NCBI GenBank assembly: GCA_963820525.1
Contig: CAWGAA010000001.1
Location: forward strand, 1,856,001-1,920,000
DNA length: 64,000 bases
Reading direction: 5' to 3'
Origin: an uncultured Spirochaetota bacterium
GTDB taxonomy: Bacteria > Spirochaetota > Spirochaetia > SZUA-6 > Fen-1364
Shown: positions 38,873-49,628 of the stretch, piece after piece
How the letters are laid out: every line of letters starts with the position of its first letter
Position numbering within the stretch: position 1 is the first letter of the stretch
Notes under the pieces: model-generated
What the model was told of the DNA's origin: nothing
The model's database searches: none
The model's input: only the letters and a program-made list of their open reading frames with translations
Position numbers and translations under genes: made by a program

Positions 38873-39183
38873 GGTCAGAGGCAATATAGGAAAGCGGACG
38901 CGATTGATCAAGGGCAGCAAGGCGCAGCGGCAGCTTCGCGCTGCCGCTGGGTGAGGCGGCGGCCGTTTGAGGGGCGATGCGGCGAAGGGACGCGCAGGTG
39001 ATGCGCGGCCGGGCCGCCGCAAGCCGGCGCAGCGAAGGGACGCGCAAAACCGGCGCGGGGGCCGCAAGTCGGAGCATGCCTCCACAAGCCTCGCGGGGGC
39101 CGCAAACTGCGCATGACGCCGCAAGAATCGGGTTGCTCTTCCACCTCCCCAGGGAGATCATTACTATCAGTGAGGTAACATCT

Positions 39184-40047
39184 ATGGCGGATTTGGAGCA
39201 GATGTCCCAGGATTACAAGCGCATCGAGCAGACGATCCGGTTCCTGGAGTCGAACTTCAGGCGGCAGCCTTCTCTTGCAGAGATCGCCCAGGGCGCGGGG
39301 GTGAGCGAGTTCCACTTCCAGCGCCTCTTCAGCCGCTGGGTGGGGATCAGCCCCAAGAGGTTCCTGCAGTTTCTCACCAAGGAGTACGCCAAGAAGCTCC
39401 TGGAGGATTCCCGCGACGTGCTGGACGTTGCCTACAGCGCCGGCCTCTCCGGCCCGGGACGCCTGCACGACCTTTTCGTGAACTGCGAGGCCATGACCCC
39501 CGGAGAGTACCGGCAGAGGGGCGGAGGGCTCACCGTGAGCTATGGGATCCACCCGTCGCCCTTCGGAGACTTCGCCCTTGCGGTCACCGACCGCGGCATC
39601 TGCGGGCTTCGCTTCCTCCGCGAGGAGGGAGAGGAGGGGATCGACGAGTGGCTCGCCCGGGCGTGGCCGAACGCGCGGGTGGAGCGGGACCAGCGGGCGA
39701 CGAAACCCCTGGCGGAGAGGGCCTTCTCCTTCGCCGCCGAAAATCCTCCGTCACCCCTCTATCTTTTCGTCCGGGGAACGAACTTCCAGATCAAGGTCTG
39801 GGAGGCCCTGCTCAAGATACCGCTGGGAAAAGCGGTGAGCTACGAGGACATTGCCCGCCACATCGGGCTTCCCGGCGCGACGCGGGCCGTGGGAAGCGCC
39901 GTGGGGGCCAACCCCATTCCCTTCCTCATCCCCTGCCACCGGGTGATCAGGAAGATGGGGGACTTCGGAAATTACGGGGAAGGGCCGCGGCGCAAAAAGG
40001 CCATCCTCGGCTGGGAGGCTGCACTTCATGAACGACTTTCCGTCTGA
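39184..40047 (+). CDS. AraC-HTH / methylated-DNA-protein-cysteine methyltransferase fusion (Ada/Ogt-like)
   Basis: SEFHFQRLFSRWVGISPK, GTNFQIKVW and the IPCHRV active site; no N-terminal Zn-Cys domain. Confidence 0.92.
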   Translation: MADLEQMSQDYKRIEQTIRFLESNFRRQPSLAEIAQGAGVSEFHFQRLFSRWVGISPKRFLQFLTKEYAKKLLEDSRDVLDVAYSAGLSGPGRLHDLFVNCEAMTPGEYRQRGGGLTVSYGIHPSPFGDFALAVTDRGICGLRFLREEGEEGIDEWLARAWPNARVERDQRATKPLAERAFSFAAENPPSPLYLFVRGTNFQIKVWEALLKIPLGKAVSYEDIARHIGLPGATRAVGSAVGANPIPFLIPCHRVIRKMGDFGNYGEGPRRKKAILGWEAALHERLSV

Positions 40048-41452
40048 CGCCCGCATGGTGGGTGAGGCGCTGGAGCGCTACCGTAGGGAATCGATCTCCC
40101 GGGAGCGGCCCGTCATCAACCAGCCTCCGCTGGGGAAGCTTGTCGAAGAGCTCGGGCTCCAGCGGCACGTCATGGAGGGAGACCTCGCGGGGGAAGAGTT
40201 CTCCCTGTTCGTGGAGAAGTACCTCGATTCGACGACGCGCCTGCACCATCCCGCCTACCTCGCGCACCAGGTGGCCGTGCCCCACTCCGCGGGGTCGCTC
40301 GCCGCCATGATAGACGGGTTCACCAACAATGCCATGGCCATCTACGAAATGGGCCCCGCCGCCGCGGCGATAGAGTTCTTTATCCTGAACTGGATGATCT
40401 CCAAGATCGGCTGGAAGCCCGCCCCCTATCCCGGGGAGGCGGACGGCGGCGGGGCCCACGCCGGCGGTGCCCTGACGCACGGCGGATCGCTCGCCAACCT
40501 CACCGCCCTGATCGCCGCTCGGAGCCGCGCCGTGCCCGGCATCTGGGAGGAGGGAAACCCGGGAAACCTCGCGCTCCTGGCGCCGGCCGAGAGTCACTAC
40601 TCGATAGCGCGGGCCGCGGGGATCCTCGGCATCGGCGGGAAGTCCGTCTACCCCCTGCCCGTTGACGCCCGAGGCGTGATCAAAGCAGACGAGATCCCGG
40701 CGGTCCTGGATCGGGCGCAGGCGGACGGGAAAAAGCCCATCGCCCTGGTGGCCAACGCGTGCAGCACGGCTCTCGGCCTCTACGATCCGCTTCGCGAGAC
40801 CGCCGAGGCATGCCGGGGGCGCGTGTGGCTCCACGTGGACGGTGCGCACGGCGCCGCCGCCCTGGTGAGCCCCAGGCTCCGGCGCCTGCTCGACGGGATT
40901 GAGATGGCCGACTCGGTGGTCTGGGACGCCCACAAGCTCATGCGCGCGCCGACTTTATGCGCAGCGGTGCTGGTGAAGGACGCGCGCGCGATCGACGGCG
41001 CCTTCCAGCAGGAGGCGAGCTACCTCTTCCACGAAAAAGAGCAGCCCGGATTCGATTTCATCCACCGCACCGTGGAATGCACCAAGGCGGGGCTCGGCCT
41101 GCGGTTTTTTGCGGTCCTGGGGGCCATGGGAGAGAAGGGGCTCGCGCGCTACGTCGAGAGCCGCACCGAGCTGGCCAGGGAAGCGCACCGCTATATCAGC
41201 GGACAGCCTGAGTTCGAGTGCCCGGCGGAGCCGCAGTCGAACATCCTCTGCTTCCGCCTGAAGGGAAGCGACGAGCTTCAACTCTCCGTCCGCGACGCCT
41301 TGATCGGGCGCGGGGATTTCTACCTCTCCACGGCGACCGTGGGCGGCAGGAGACACCTTCGGGCCGTATTCATGAATCCCGAGACTTCCATGACCGACGT
41401 GAAGATGCTCGTGGAAAGGATCAGGGAGACCGCCTCGCCCTTCACTATGTGA
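40028..41452 (+). CDS. Group II PLP-dependent amino acid decarboxylase
   Basis: HHPAYLAHQ, GGSLANLTAL, WLHVDGAHG and DAHK. Confidence 0.9.
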   Translation: MNDFPSDARMVGEALERYRRESISRERPVINQPPLGKLVEELGLQRHVMEGDLAGEEFSLFVEKYLDSTTRLHHPAYLAHQVAVPHSAGSLAAMIDGFTNNAMAIYEMGPAAAAIEFFILNWMISKIGWKPAPYPGEADGGGAHAGGALTHGGSLANLTALIAARSRAVPGIWEEGNPGNLALLAPAESHYSIARAAGILGIGGKSVYPLPVDARGVIKADEIPAVLDRAQADGKKPIALVANACSTALGLYDPLRETAEACRGRVWLHVDGAHGAAALVSPRLRRLLDGIEMADSVVWDAHKLMRAPTLCAAVLVKDARAIDGAFQQEASYLFHEKEQPGFDFIHRTVECTKAGLGLRFFAVLGAMGEKGLARYVESRTELAREAHRYISGQPEFECPAEPQSNILCFRLKGSDELQLSVRDALIGRGDFYLSTATVGGRRHLRAVFMNPETSMTDVKMLVERIRETASPFTM

Positions 41453-41540
41453 GCACGAGCTGCTGTGCCGCCTTTTCCACCGCTTGCGGGGCGAACGGAA
41501 GCGGAACCGGGCGGCCGAACATTCTCATTAAAGCTGTCTT

Positions 41541-42287
41541 TCAGGCAAGGCCCATCCGTTTCATGTTTTCCAGGCTGATCCGGGCGCTCTCAAGAGGCGA
41601 GCCCTCGCTCGAATCCTGCTCGACGATCAGCCACTCCACTCCGCTCACCTCTGCCTGTCTCACGACGCCTCTTACATCCACGGTCCCGCTGCCCACCTCG
41701 GTGAACCTGCTGCCTTCACCGGCCTTCATGTCCTTCACGTGAACCAGGGGGCATCTGCCGGCGTATGCGCGCAGGTACGCGGCAGGATCGGCGCCCGCCG
41801 CGCTCACCCATCCCGTATCCAGCTCCATCTCGACGAGGGAGGGGTCGGTCTCCCTGAAGAGCAGGTCCAGAACGCGCTCCCCATCAATGAGGGCAAGCTC
41901 GTGACTGTGGTTGTGATAGCAGAACTCCAGCCCGGCATTCTGGATCCGTTCTCCGTAGGAGTTGAACAGGGCGGCGAACTTCTTCACGCTCGGAAGGTCC
42001 GAAAGCGGCGCCTGGGAGCAGACGACATACGGGTTTCCGAGCTCGCTTGCGAAGGCGATGATACCGTCGAGATCCTTCTCCAATTGGGCGAGGCTTACAT
42101 GGCTTCCCACGGGCATCAGAGCCAGCCTTTCCAGGTGTCCCTTGAGCTGGCCGGCGGAAAGGCCGTCATGGCCGAAAAACTCCACCCCGGCGTATCCCAT
42201 TTCGGCCACCTTTCCCAGCGTGCCGACGAAATCCCTGGCCAGATCGTCGCGAACCGTGTAGAGCTGAAGCGCAATGGGAATGCCCAT
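41541..42287 (-). CDS. Sugar phosphate isomerase/epimerase (TIM barrel)
   Basis: ALQLYTVRD, YHNH, ELDTGW, HVKD and VEQD. Confidence 0.9.
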   Translation of the reverse strand: MGIPIALQLYTVRDDLARDFVGTLGKVAEMGYAGVEFFGHDGLSAGQLKGHLERLALMPVGSHVSLAQLEKDLDGIIAFASELGNPYVVCSQAPLSDLPSVKKFAALFNSYGERIQNAGLEFCYHNHSHELALIDGERVLDLLFRETDPSLVEMELDTGWVSAAGADPAAYLRAYAGRCPLVHVKDMKAGEGSRFTEVGSGTVDVRGVVRQAEVSGVEWLIVEQDSSEGSPLESARISLENMKRMGLA

Positions 42288-42429
42288 GATTTCTCCTTTT
42301 GCAGAAAGGTACCCCTTTGCTCCCGACGGCGCAATACGCGGCGGCGGACACGCTCCGGGTATGCGGGCAATCCTTCCGGCCAGCTCCTTTTTATGGTATC
42401 TTTCTTTCATAGGTGACTGTGGAGACGCC

Positions 42430-42993
42430 ATGGTTGTCGAAGCGATCTCCAGCTTTCCTTCAGTCTCACGAATGTCCGCCCGTGCCCATCCGAGCGCCGC
42501 TGGTCCCCTCCTGCCCCGGCCTCCGCGCGAGAGGCCTGAAGCCCAGCCCGCCCCGGCTCTTGGCTCAAGCGTGGCGGATCAGAAGCTCCGGGCTGTTGAT
42601 GCCGAAGTGCGCGCCCACGAAGCCACCCATCTGGCTGCCCTGGGCGTGGCGGCCGGCGGCGGCCCTTCCTTCGACTACATCATCGGACCGAATGGAGAGC
42701 GCTATGCGGTGGGCGGATCCGTGCACGTCAGCGTCACCCCCGTGCCCGGTGACCCCGAAGCCACCATCCGCAAGGCAAAGGCCCTGATCCAGGGGGCGTA
42801 TGCCGTGGGCATGCCTTCGGCTGCCGACATGCAGGTGGCGGCCGAAGCCTACCAGATGGAGGTCCAGGCCCAGCACGAGCTGGAACAGCAATCCGAGGAA
42901 GCCGCGGGGCCCCAGGCAGGATTCGGCCGGGAAGGCGGAACCGCCGCGGGGTTCGGCGCCGAGCGGCCGCGGCAGCACGAGTGGTTCGCGTAG
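42430..42993 (+). CDS. SprA-related (SrpA-like) family protein with HExxH motif
   Basis: DAEVRAHEATH, GPNGERYAVGG, DPEATIRKA and PSAADMQVAA. Confidence 0.8.
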   Translation: MVVEAISSFPSVSRMSARAHPSAAGPLLPRPPRERPEAQPAPALGSSVADQKLRAVDAEVRAHEATHLAALGVAAGGGPSFDYIIGPNGERYAVGGSVHVSVTPVPGDPEATIRKAKALIQGAYAVGMPSAADMQVAAEAYQMEVQAQHELEQQSEEAAGPQAGFGREGGTAAGFGAERPRQHEWFA

Positions 42994-43001
42994 CAGCTGT
43001 C

Positions 43002-43118
43002 TCAGACCGATCCCCCGAGCGCCGCGACCACGGTAAAGCGGGCATAGACCGCGAAAGCCACGATGAGAAGCAGCACGACTCCCGCCGCTACAAGAAGCAC
43101 GATCGAGCTTTTCTTCAT
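43002..43118 (-). CDS. 38-aa single-TM peptide, absent from the ORF track
   Basis: MKKSSIVLLVAAGVVLLLIVAFAVYARFTVVAALGGSV*; GGAGG RBS; ATGA overlap with the GntR stop. Confidence 0.7.
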   Translation of the reverse strand: MKKSSIVLLVAAGVVLLLIVAFAVYARFTVVAALGGSV

Positions 43119-43498
43119 CTCTTTTCCTCCGTTGTCGTGTGATTCGTTCGGGCGGCATACAGCGCTTCAAGCTCTGCGATGCTCATCCCCAGGAGGTCCA
43201 TGGTCTTGAAGATATGGGGCAGCTCACGGCTCTCGAAGCTTCGCCGCGCCAGCTCCCGGGTGGTCAGGTCGGCCTGCTCCGCTGTGAAGTAGCCGATCCC
43301 CCGCTGGTTCTGGATGATCCCCTGGTCCTGGAGGTACGCGTAGGTGCGCATTACCGTGTTGGGGTTCACCTCGATGCTCATGGCAAGCTCGCGAATCGAG
43401 GGGATGCGGTCCCCCGGCTTCCATCTGCCGGCCAGGATGTTCTCGCAGATCATGTCGGCGATCTGAAGGTAGATCGCCTGGTCCTGCCGAAACTCCAT
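43115..43498 (-). CDS. GntR family regulator, YtrA subfamily
   Basis: IYLQIAD, PSIRELA..IEVNPNTVMRTY and RGIGYF; 127 aa. Confidence 0.93.
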   Translation of the reverse strand: MEFRQDQAIYLQIADMICENILAGRWKPGDRIPSIRELAMSIEVNPNTVMRTYAYLQDQGIIQNQRGIGYFTAEQADLTTRELARRSFESRELPHIFKTMDLLGMSIAELEALYAARTNHTTTEEKR

Positions 43499-43499
43499 G

Positions 43500-44312
43500 T
43501 CACACCTCTTTTTCGCCCAGCCGCAGGTACGCTATCACCCAGCACACGGGCGCCAGGCAGCCCCAGAGGAGGATTTTCGCCACGAGCGCCACCGTCCCGT
43601 TGTGCCACATATCGATGGCTACCCGTCCGTTGGATCCGGGCCCGCCAAAGAGCCTGCCCAGAGACTCCTGCATCTGCGGGCTCACCGTGGCTCCCTGAAA
43701 GAAATCGGAGAACACGAGACGGAGGACGACGCTCGAGAATATCGTCAAACCGATCAGAAGCACCACGACTGATAGCGCCGTCTTGATGAAGGCCGCCTTC
43801 TTGAACCAGATGGATCCCAGCAGGAACACGGCCTGGAATACGAGGTAATAGGCGATTGCCATGAGGACATCGACGCTGAAGGGATCGAAGAGAAGATGCC
43901 CCGCGCCGAAGAGCGCCCTGTTCACAAGCTCGCTCAGCGCGGAGACAGCCGTCATGAATACGACGGTTCCCACCGAATAGCCGGCGGCGGAGACGAGGAG
44001 CTTGCTCAGGAACTTTTCGAAGGTGGAGCCGGGAAGCGTGAGGAAGAAGCTTCCCGAAGCGCTCTGGTGCAGCTCCTTGAACACGGAGGCCGTGAATATG
44101 AAGCCCCCGAGGTAGAGCAGGATGCCGAAGAAGGAGGGATAGAATACCTGGTTGCGTCCAAAAAGCATGGAGAGGACGGAGAGAACGAAGATGGCTCCCG
44201 CGGCCGCGGCCATGGTGACCAGGAGGCTGCCATAGCCCATCACGAGGTCCCTCTTGAGAAGAAGGAAGAGCCTGCGGGGATTGAAAACGCTCTCGACGCT
44301 TCGATCAGCCAT
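43500..44312 (-). CDS. ABC-2-type permease
   Basis: About 6 TM segments; LTLPGSTFEKFLSK; lies between the ATPase and GntR genes. Confidence 0.8.
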   Translation of the reverse strand: MADRSVESVFNPRRLFLLLKRDLVMGYGSLLVTMAAAAGAIFVLSVLSMLFGRNQVFYPSFFGILLYLGGFIFTASVFKELHQSASGSFFLTLPGSTFEKFLSKLLVSAAGYSVGTVVFMTAVSALSELVNRALFGAGHLLFDPFSVDVLMAIAYYLVFQAVFLLGSIWFKKAAFIKTALSVVVLLIGLTIFSSVVLRLVFSDFFQGATVSPQMQESLGRLFGGPGSNGRVAIDMWHNGTVALVAKILLWGCLAPVCWVIAYLRLGEKEV

Positions 44313-45171
44313 GGCGTTCCTCCTGGGCGGCGGCCGCGGATTGCGAGAACAGCTGGGCAACCTTTTCCCGGCTCGCGATGACGGTATTGAAGAGAGTCTC
44401 GAGGTCCACGTGGGTTTCCTCGCCGCCGGCGTTGGGACGGACAACCACCCATCCGCCGAGGGTCTTGTCCGCGCAGAGCACACCGTCCGCGGGCGGCTCC
44501 GACGGCTCCAGGCGTACGGAGAGCCTCCGCGTCACCTCGCGCATCGGCTGTTGAAAGATGATGCGCCCTTCGTCCAGCACGATGATGGGGTCTATGAGGT
44601 TCTCCATGTCCCGCACCTGATGGGTGGAGATGAGGATGACCCGGTCTTCCCGGGCGGCGCCCGCCAGAAGCCTTCGAAACTGGCTCTTGGAGGGTATATC
44701 GAGCCCGTTGGTGGGCTCGTCCAGAAGGAGGATGCGGCAGCCGCAGGCAAGACCGAAGGCAAGGAGGAACTTCTTCCTCTGGCCATAGGACAGGTCGGTG
44801 AGCTTCTTGGCCGTGCCCAGCTCGAACTCCCGAAGGTAGTCTCTGAAAACCCCGTGATCGAACCGGGGATAGAACGGCGCGAACAGCGCTTCATAAGTGC
44901 CGGGATACAGCGGCGGCATCGAGAATTCCTCCGCCACCATGACCACTTCTTCCAGCAGATGTACGGGCCGCTTTTTTGAGTCGAAGCCAAGGATTCGACA
45001 CTCCCCTTCCCCGGCAAAGCGCAGCCCGCAGATCAGCTTGAGGAGCGTCGTTTTGCCCGCCCCGTTCTTGCCGAGGAGCCCATAGATGCCGCCCGGCTCC
45101 AGCATGAGATCGAGATGAGAGAAGAGCAGCTGCCTCGTATATCCGAAGCTGAGGTCTTTGATCTGAACCAC
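44305..45171 (-). CDS. ABC transporter ATP-binding protein (YtrB-like)
   Basis: GKNGAGKT, LSYGQ, LLLDEPT and STH. Confidence 0.93.
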   Translation of the reverse strand: MVQIKDLSFGYTRQLLFSHLDLMLEPGGIYGLLGKNGAGKTTLLKLICGLRFAGEGECRILGFDSKKRPVHLLEEVVMVAEEFSMPPLYPGTYEALFAPFYPRFDHGVFRDYLREFELGTAKKLTDLSYGQRKKFLLAFGLACGCRILLLDEPTNGLDIPSKSQFRRLLAGAAREDRVILISTHQVRDMENLIDPIIVLDEGRIIFQQPMREVTRRLSVRLEPSEPPADGVLCADKTLGGWVVVRPNAGGEETHVDLETLFNTVIASREKVAQLFSQSAAAAQEERHG

Positions 45172-45182
45172 TCACTACCTCC

Positions 45183-45243
45183 TAATTAGTGATCTATTTC
45201 ACTAATACACTAATTAAGTAGCATACGCCTCGGCAATTGTCAA
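45183..45243 (-). promoter_or_regulatory. YtrA-type operator palindrome and sigma-70 promoter
   Basis: TAATTAGTG-N16-CACTAATTA (45183-45216); TTGACA-N17-TACTTA on the minus strand. Confidence 0.7.
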
Positions 45244-45313
45244 GAGGAATCGCAATAAAATTTTGGACGTTGCGCTTGTATCCAGAAGGGGCATATACTC
45301 ACCGTCTAGCAAG

Positions 45314-46035
45314 ATGGCTGCGGACCTCAAGATCCTCTATGAGGACAATCACATCATAGCCGTGAACAAGATGCCGGCGGACATCGTGCAGGCGGACAAG
45401 ACGGGGGCCCTACCCTGGCAGACCGGGTGAAGGTGTATCTGAAGGAGAAGCACGGCAAGAAGGGAAACGTGTTCATCGGCGTCGTTCATCGCCTGGACAG
45501 GCCGGTGAGCGGCGTCGTTCTCTATGCGCGAACGAGCAAGTCTCTGGGAAGGCTTTCCGGGCTGTTCAGGGAAGGGGGGGTGCGCAAGCTCTATTGGGCC
45601 ATCGTCCATGAAAGGCCGCCCAAGAAAGAAGATACCCTCGTTCACTTTTTGAGGCGGAACACGGAGATGAACAAATCATTCGCCTTCGAGAAAAAAGTCT
45701 CGGGGGCCAAGGAAGCCCGCCTTCGCTATCGGCTCCTCCTCAGCCTCGAGCGCTACCACCTTCTGGAGATCGAGCTTCTCACAGGCCGCCATCACCAGAT
45801 CAGGGCCCAGCTCGCCGCCATCGGCTGCCATATCAGGGGGGACCTCAAGTATGGAGCGCCGCGCTCCAATCCCGGGGGAGGCATCCACCTCCACGCACGG
45901 CAGATATCGTTTCTTCATCCCGTGCGAGGCGAGCCGCTCACTATCGTCGCGGACCCGCCTCCGGATCCCCTCTGGGACGCGGCCCTTGCGCAATGGAAAG
46001 CGGCCGGCGGCGGCTCTCTGGAGCCTTCCCTCTAG
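45314..46035 (+). pseudogene. RluA-family pseudouridine synthase, split by a 1-bp frameshift near 45403-45410
   Basis: ILYEDNHIIAVNK..VQADKTG is in one frame; HRLDRPVSG, TGRHHQIR and GDLKYG are in another; could be a sequencing error. Confidence 0.8.
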
Positions 46036-49000
46036 GATCCGCCGTCCCCGCCGCGGCGCTTTGCCAGTACCTCCCGGACGGTCGTCAGCACCATGTCGAT
46101 GCTGTAGGGCTTTCTGAGGAATCCCTTGGCCCCCCTCTCGATGAGCCGGGCGGCGTCTCCTTCCTCGCTGTATCCGCTGGAGAGAAGCACCGTGACGTGA
46201 GGATCTATGGCGAGGAGGCTCTCGAAGGCTTCCGTTCCGCTCATGCGCGGCATCGCCATGTCGAGGATCACCAGGTCTATTTCGCGGCGGCGCTCCCGGT
46301 ACGCCTCCACGCCGCGCACGCCGTTTTCAGCGATGACGACCACATAGCCGCCCCGCTCCAGCATCCGCTTGAGAACGTTTCGCACCTGCTCCTCGTCGTC
46401 CACGATCAGGACCGTCCCATGCCCGCCCTGGGGCGGGTTCCCTCCATCTACGCCGGCCTCATCCACGCGAACCCGCGAGGCGGGGAGGCTGATCTCGAAG
46501 GTGCTCCCCTTTCCCGGATCGCTGTGAACGGATATCTCCCCCCCGTGGCCGCGCACGATCCCGTACACCATGGCCAGTCCGAGGCCGCGCCCCTTTTCCT
46601 TTGTCGTGAAGAACGGCTCGAAGAGCCGCATCCGGACCGCGGCGTCCATGCCCTTTCCCGTGTCGCTGACGCGAATGAACACCTTGCTGTCCCCCGCGGA
46701 GACGCGCCCGCCGGATCCTCCCAGGCAGGTCTCGATGCGCAGGAGGCCGCCGTTGGGCATCGCGTCGCGCGCATTGAGGCACAGGTTGAGGAGGGCCTGG
46801 TGGAGCTGGCCGCCGTTTCCCATCACGGCCGCGGCGCGGGGATCCAGCCGGGTATCCACAGTGATCGACTTGTCGATGGTGCGTTCCAGCAGGTGCGCAA
46901 CCTCCTTGACCACCTCATTGGGGCCGACGGGGACCATCTCGACCTGGGGATTCCTGCGCGAGAAGGTGAGCAGCTGCTGCGTGAGCTCCGCCGCCCTGCG
47001 CGCCGATCCGGCTATGGCCTCCATGTCCGTGGAGGCCGAGCTGCCCTTGGGAAGCTCTTCCTGGAGCAGCGACGCGTAGCCCAGGATGCCCGTGAGGAGG
47101 TTGTTGAAATCGTGGGCGATTCCGCCGGCCAGGGTTCCGATGGCCTCCATCTTCTGGGCCTGGCGCAGCTGCTCCTCCATGCGCTTGCGCTGGGTGATGT
47201 CATGGACGAGGCCGAAGACCACGGGCCTGCCCGCCACGTGCATCAACGCCTGGCTCACCTCGACGGGGACCCGCGAGCCGTCCTTTCTCATGTACTCGCA
47301 TTCGCTCCTGAGCGTCCCGCCCTCCTCCATGGAAGAGGGCGGGATGCCGGAGGAGCCCAGAGGCGCGATGTCGGTGATCGAGAGGCGGAGGAGCTCGTCA
47401 TGAGCGTAGCCCAGAAGCAGGCACGCCCTCGCGTTCACGTCCAGGATGCGGCCGTCCGCGGTCTGAAGGATGACGGCGTCGCCCGCCTGCTCGAAGAGGG
47501 TGCGGTAGCGCTCCTCGGAATCGCGCAGGGTCTCGTAGAGCCGGGCCCTCTCAACGGCCGCCGCAACCTGCTCCGCGATGATGGAGAGAAGCTGCTCGTC
47601 GTCCTTCGCGTAGGCGCCCATCTTGAAGGACTGGATCGAGATGATCCCGATGACGCGGTCCGAGATCAGCATCGGAGCCCCGAGCCACGAGCGCAGGTAC
47701 CTTCCGCCGATCCTTCGTCCGGCGGCCTTCCCGCTCTCTTCGGCGAACATATCGCGCACCAGGAGGGGCTTCTTCTCCAATAGGATCCGGGAGGAGAACC
47801 CGTCGCTCACGGGAGCCTTGTGGGAGGACACGCGGACCCCCCCATCGACGCGGAAGCGCAGGTCGAGCTCTCCGCCACGATCGTCGCACAGCGCGATGAA
47901 AAAAGAATCGGGGGCGAAGATGCGCGCTGTTTCCCGGTAGACGGCCTCCAGAAGCTCATCCAGCTCGAGGACGGTGCCGACGGCCATGGCTATCCGGTTC
48001 ACGACGGCGAGCCGCTCCGCCCGGGAATTGGCCGCCTCGTAGAGCCGGGCGTTTCGAAGCGCGATGGCGGCCTGGGAGGCGAACATCTCCAGGAGCTTCG
48101 CGTCCTTGGAGTCGAATGGGCGGGATGTGTCGCTCACCACGCACAGCACGCCGAAGAACTCCTCACCCCAGCGCACCGGAGAGCCGACGGAGGCCGTTCC
48201 CTCCATGACGCCGCCCCGCTCTGAAAAGTCGTTCGCGTAGAGGCTCTCGTTCCTCTGCCACACCATGCCGGGGAGGCCTTCGCCGAGCTGCAGGGAGCCG
48301 CCCGCCGGCGGATCGGCGGGGCCCACGCCGATGCGCCACTCGATGATCTTCCTGTCCCGATCGTAGATATAGATCCCTCCCGAGCCTCCTCCCAGGAGCG
48401 CCACGGCCCGGGAGACCACGGACTTCAGAAGGGATTCCAGGTCCAACTCGGCGGTGAGCTCGAGGCCGAGCTGGCGCAGCGCTTCCATCTGCCTCGTGCG
48501 CCCGCGAAGGTCCTCCTCCACGAGCCTTCTCTGGGTGATATCGCGGTCTATCCCCCGGTATCCGATCAGCTCGCCGGAGGCGTCCAGCACGGGTATCCCG
48601 CTGGTCTCCAGCACCACGACCCGGCCGTCCTTGCGGAGGTTCGTGTTTTCCAGCCGTTCGATCGGGGAGCGTGCGGCCGCGAGCGCACGGAACAGCCTTT
48701 CCACCTGCCGGGCCTCGGAAGGGGCCAGGAAATGGAAGACCGACTTTCCGACCACCTCGTGGGGCTGATAGCCCAGCAGGTCATAGACCTTGGGGCTGGC
48801 ATAGGTGTAGACGCCCTCGGCATCAACCTCCCAAATCCAGTCGCTGGAGGTCTCCACCAGGCCGCGGAACCTGTCCTCGCTCTCCTTGAGCGCTTCCTGA
48901 GCCACGCTGACCTGAACCACCTTGACCGTGAGGGAGTTGGTCACCAGAAGCACCATGCCGAGATAGGCGTACTCCATCGTATAGACGAAGGGGTACGCGC

Positions 49001-49628
49001 CGAGGGACACGGCCGTGTCGTTCACCATGGCGAGAAAGAAGAGCACCATCGCGGCAATGAGGGATACGGCACTGCGCCGCCTGACGCCGGCCTGAAACGC
49101 GCGCAGAGCAAAGGCGAACAGGAAGGCATATAGCGCAAAGCCCAGGGCGCTCTGCACGTTGGAGAGGAATCCCGGGGCCACCTCGTTGTACACCACGGTC
49201 ATGCCGAGGGGAAGGCGCATCGTCTTCACCAGCGGCTGGACGTCATTCCAAAAAAGGCCGAGTGGATTGATGGGACACGCCACGGCGATGACCAGAAAGA
49301 GGGCCGAAACCGGAGCAAGGACGAGCCGCGCCCACCGGGGGAACACGGCCGACTGCGCCAGGTAATCCACCACGAACCATGAAAACGCGACGCACACGAG
49401 GGCAAGCGCCGCGCCCTGCATCCGCTGCCACACAACCCCTTGGGCGGTTGAGGATGAGTTGTAGAGCAGGGCGCACAGCACGTCGTAGATCCCCATGAAC
49501 AGGCAGCAGGCGGCGAAGGAGAGGTACTCCCTGCTGTGCGGCCGCCGCGCGAAAATCAGGATATTATAAACTCCGAGATAAAAAGTTATCCCCGCGAGAA
49601 TGAGAGGCGGTATCGACTGGGCTGCCAC
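46032..49628 (-). CDS. Hybrid sensor kinase: multi-TM input, PAS, 2x GAF, PAS, HisKA, HATPase, REC
   Basis: [39 protein letters not shown] and VLIVDDE; start approximate (the ORF-track extension overlaps the SDR gene). Confidence 0.92.
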   Translation of the reverse strand: MAAQSIPPLILAGITFYLGVYNILIFARRPHSREYLSFAACCLFMGIYDVLCALLYNSSSTAQGVVWQRMQGAALALVCVAFSWFVVDYLAQSAVFPRWARLVLAPVSALFLVIAVACPINPLGLFWNDVQPLVKTMRLPLGMTVVYNEVAPGFLSNVQSALGFALYAFLFAFALRAFQAGVRRRSAVSLIAAMVLFFLAMVNDTAVSLGAYPFVYTMEYAYLGMVLLVTNSLTVKVVQVSVAQEALKESEDRFRGLVETSSDWIWEVDAEGVYTYASPKVYDLLGYQPHEVVGKSVFHFLAPSEARQVERLFRALAAARSPIERLENTNLRKDGRVVVLETSGIPVLDASGELIGYRGIDRDITQRRLVEEDLRGRTRQMEALRQLGLELTAELDLESLLKSVVSRAVALLGGGSGGIYIYDRDRKIIEWRIGVGPADPPAGGSLQLGEGLPGMVWQRNESLYANDFSERGGVMEGTASVGSPVRWGEEFFGVLCVVSDTSRPFDSKDAKLLEMFASQAAIALRNARLYEAANSRAERLAVVNRIAMAVGTVLELDELLEAVYRETARIFAPDSFFIALCDDRGGELDLRFRVDGGVRVSSHKAPVSDGFSSRILLEKKPLLVRDMFAEESGKAAGRRIGGRYLRSWLGAPMLISDRVIGIISIQSFKMGAYAKDDEQLLSIIAEQVAAAVERARLYETLRDSEERYRTLFEQAGDAVILQTADGRILDVNARACLLLGYAHDELLRLSITDIAPLGSSGIPPSSMEEGGTLRSECEYMRKDGSRVPVEVSQALMHVAGRPVVFGLVHDITQRKRMEEQLRQAQKMEAIGTLAGGIAHDFNNLLTGILGYASLLQEELPKGSSASTDMEAIAGSARRAAELTQQLLTFSRRNPQVEMVPVGPNEVVKEVAHLLERTIDKSITVDTRLDPRAAAVMGNGGQLHQALLNLCLNARDAMPNGGLLRIETCLGGSGGRVSAGDSKVFIRVSDTGKGMDAAVRMRLFEPFFTTKEKGRGLGLAMVYGIVRGHGGEISVHSDPGKGSTFEISLPASRVRVDEAGVDGGNPPQGGHGTVLIVDDEEQVRNVLKRMLERGGYVVVIAENGVRGVEAYRERRREIDLVILDMAMPRMSGTEAFESLLAIDPHVTVLLSSGYSEEGDAARLIERGAKGFLRKPYSIDMVLTTVREVLAKRRGGDGGS

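Noticed and set aside
42430..42993. SprA-related protein as the T9SS translocon SprA
   Set aside because: The similarity is in name only. This is a small HExxH protein, not the very large SprA/Sov barrel.
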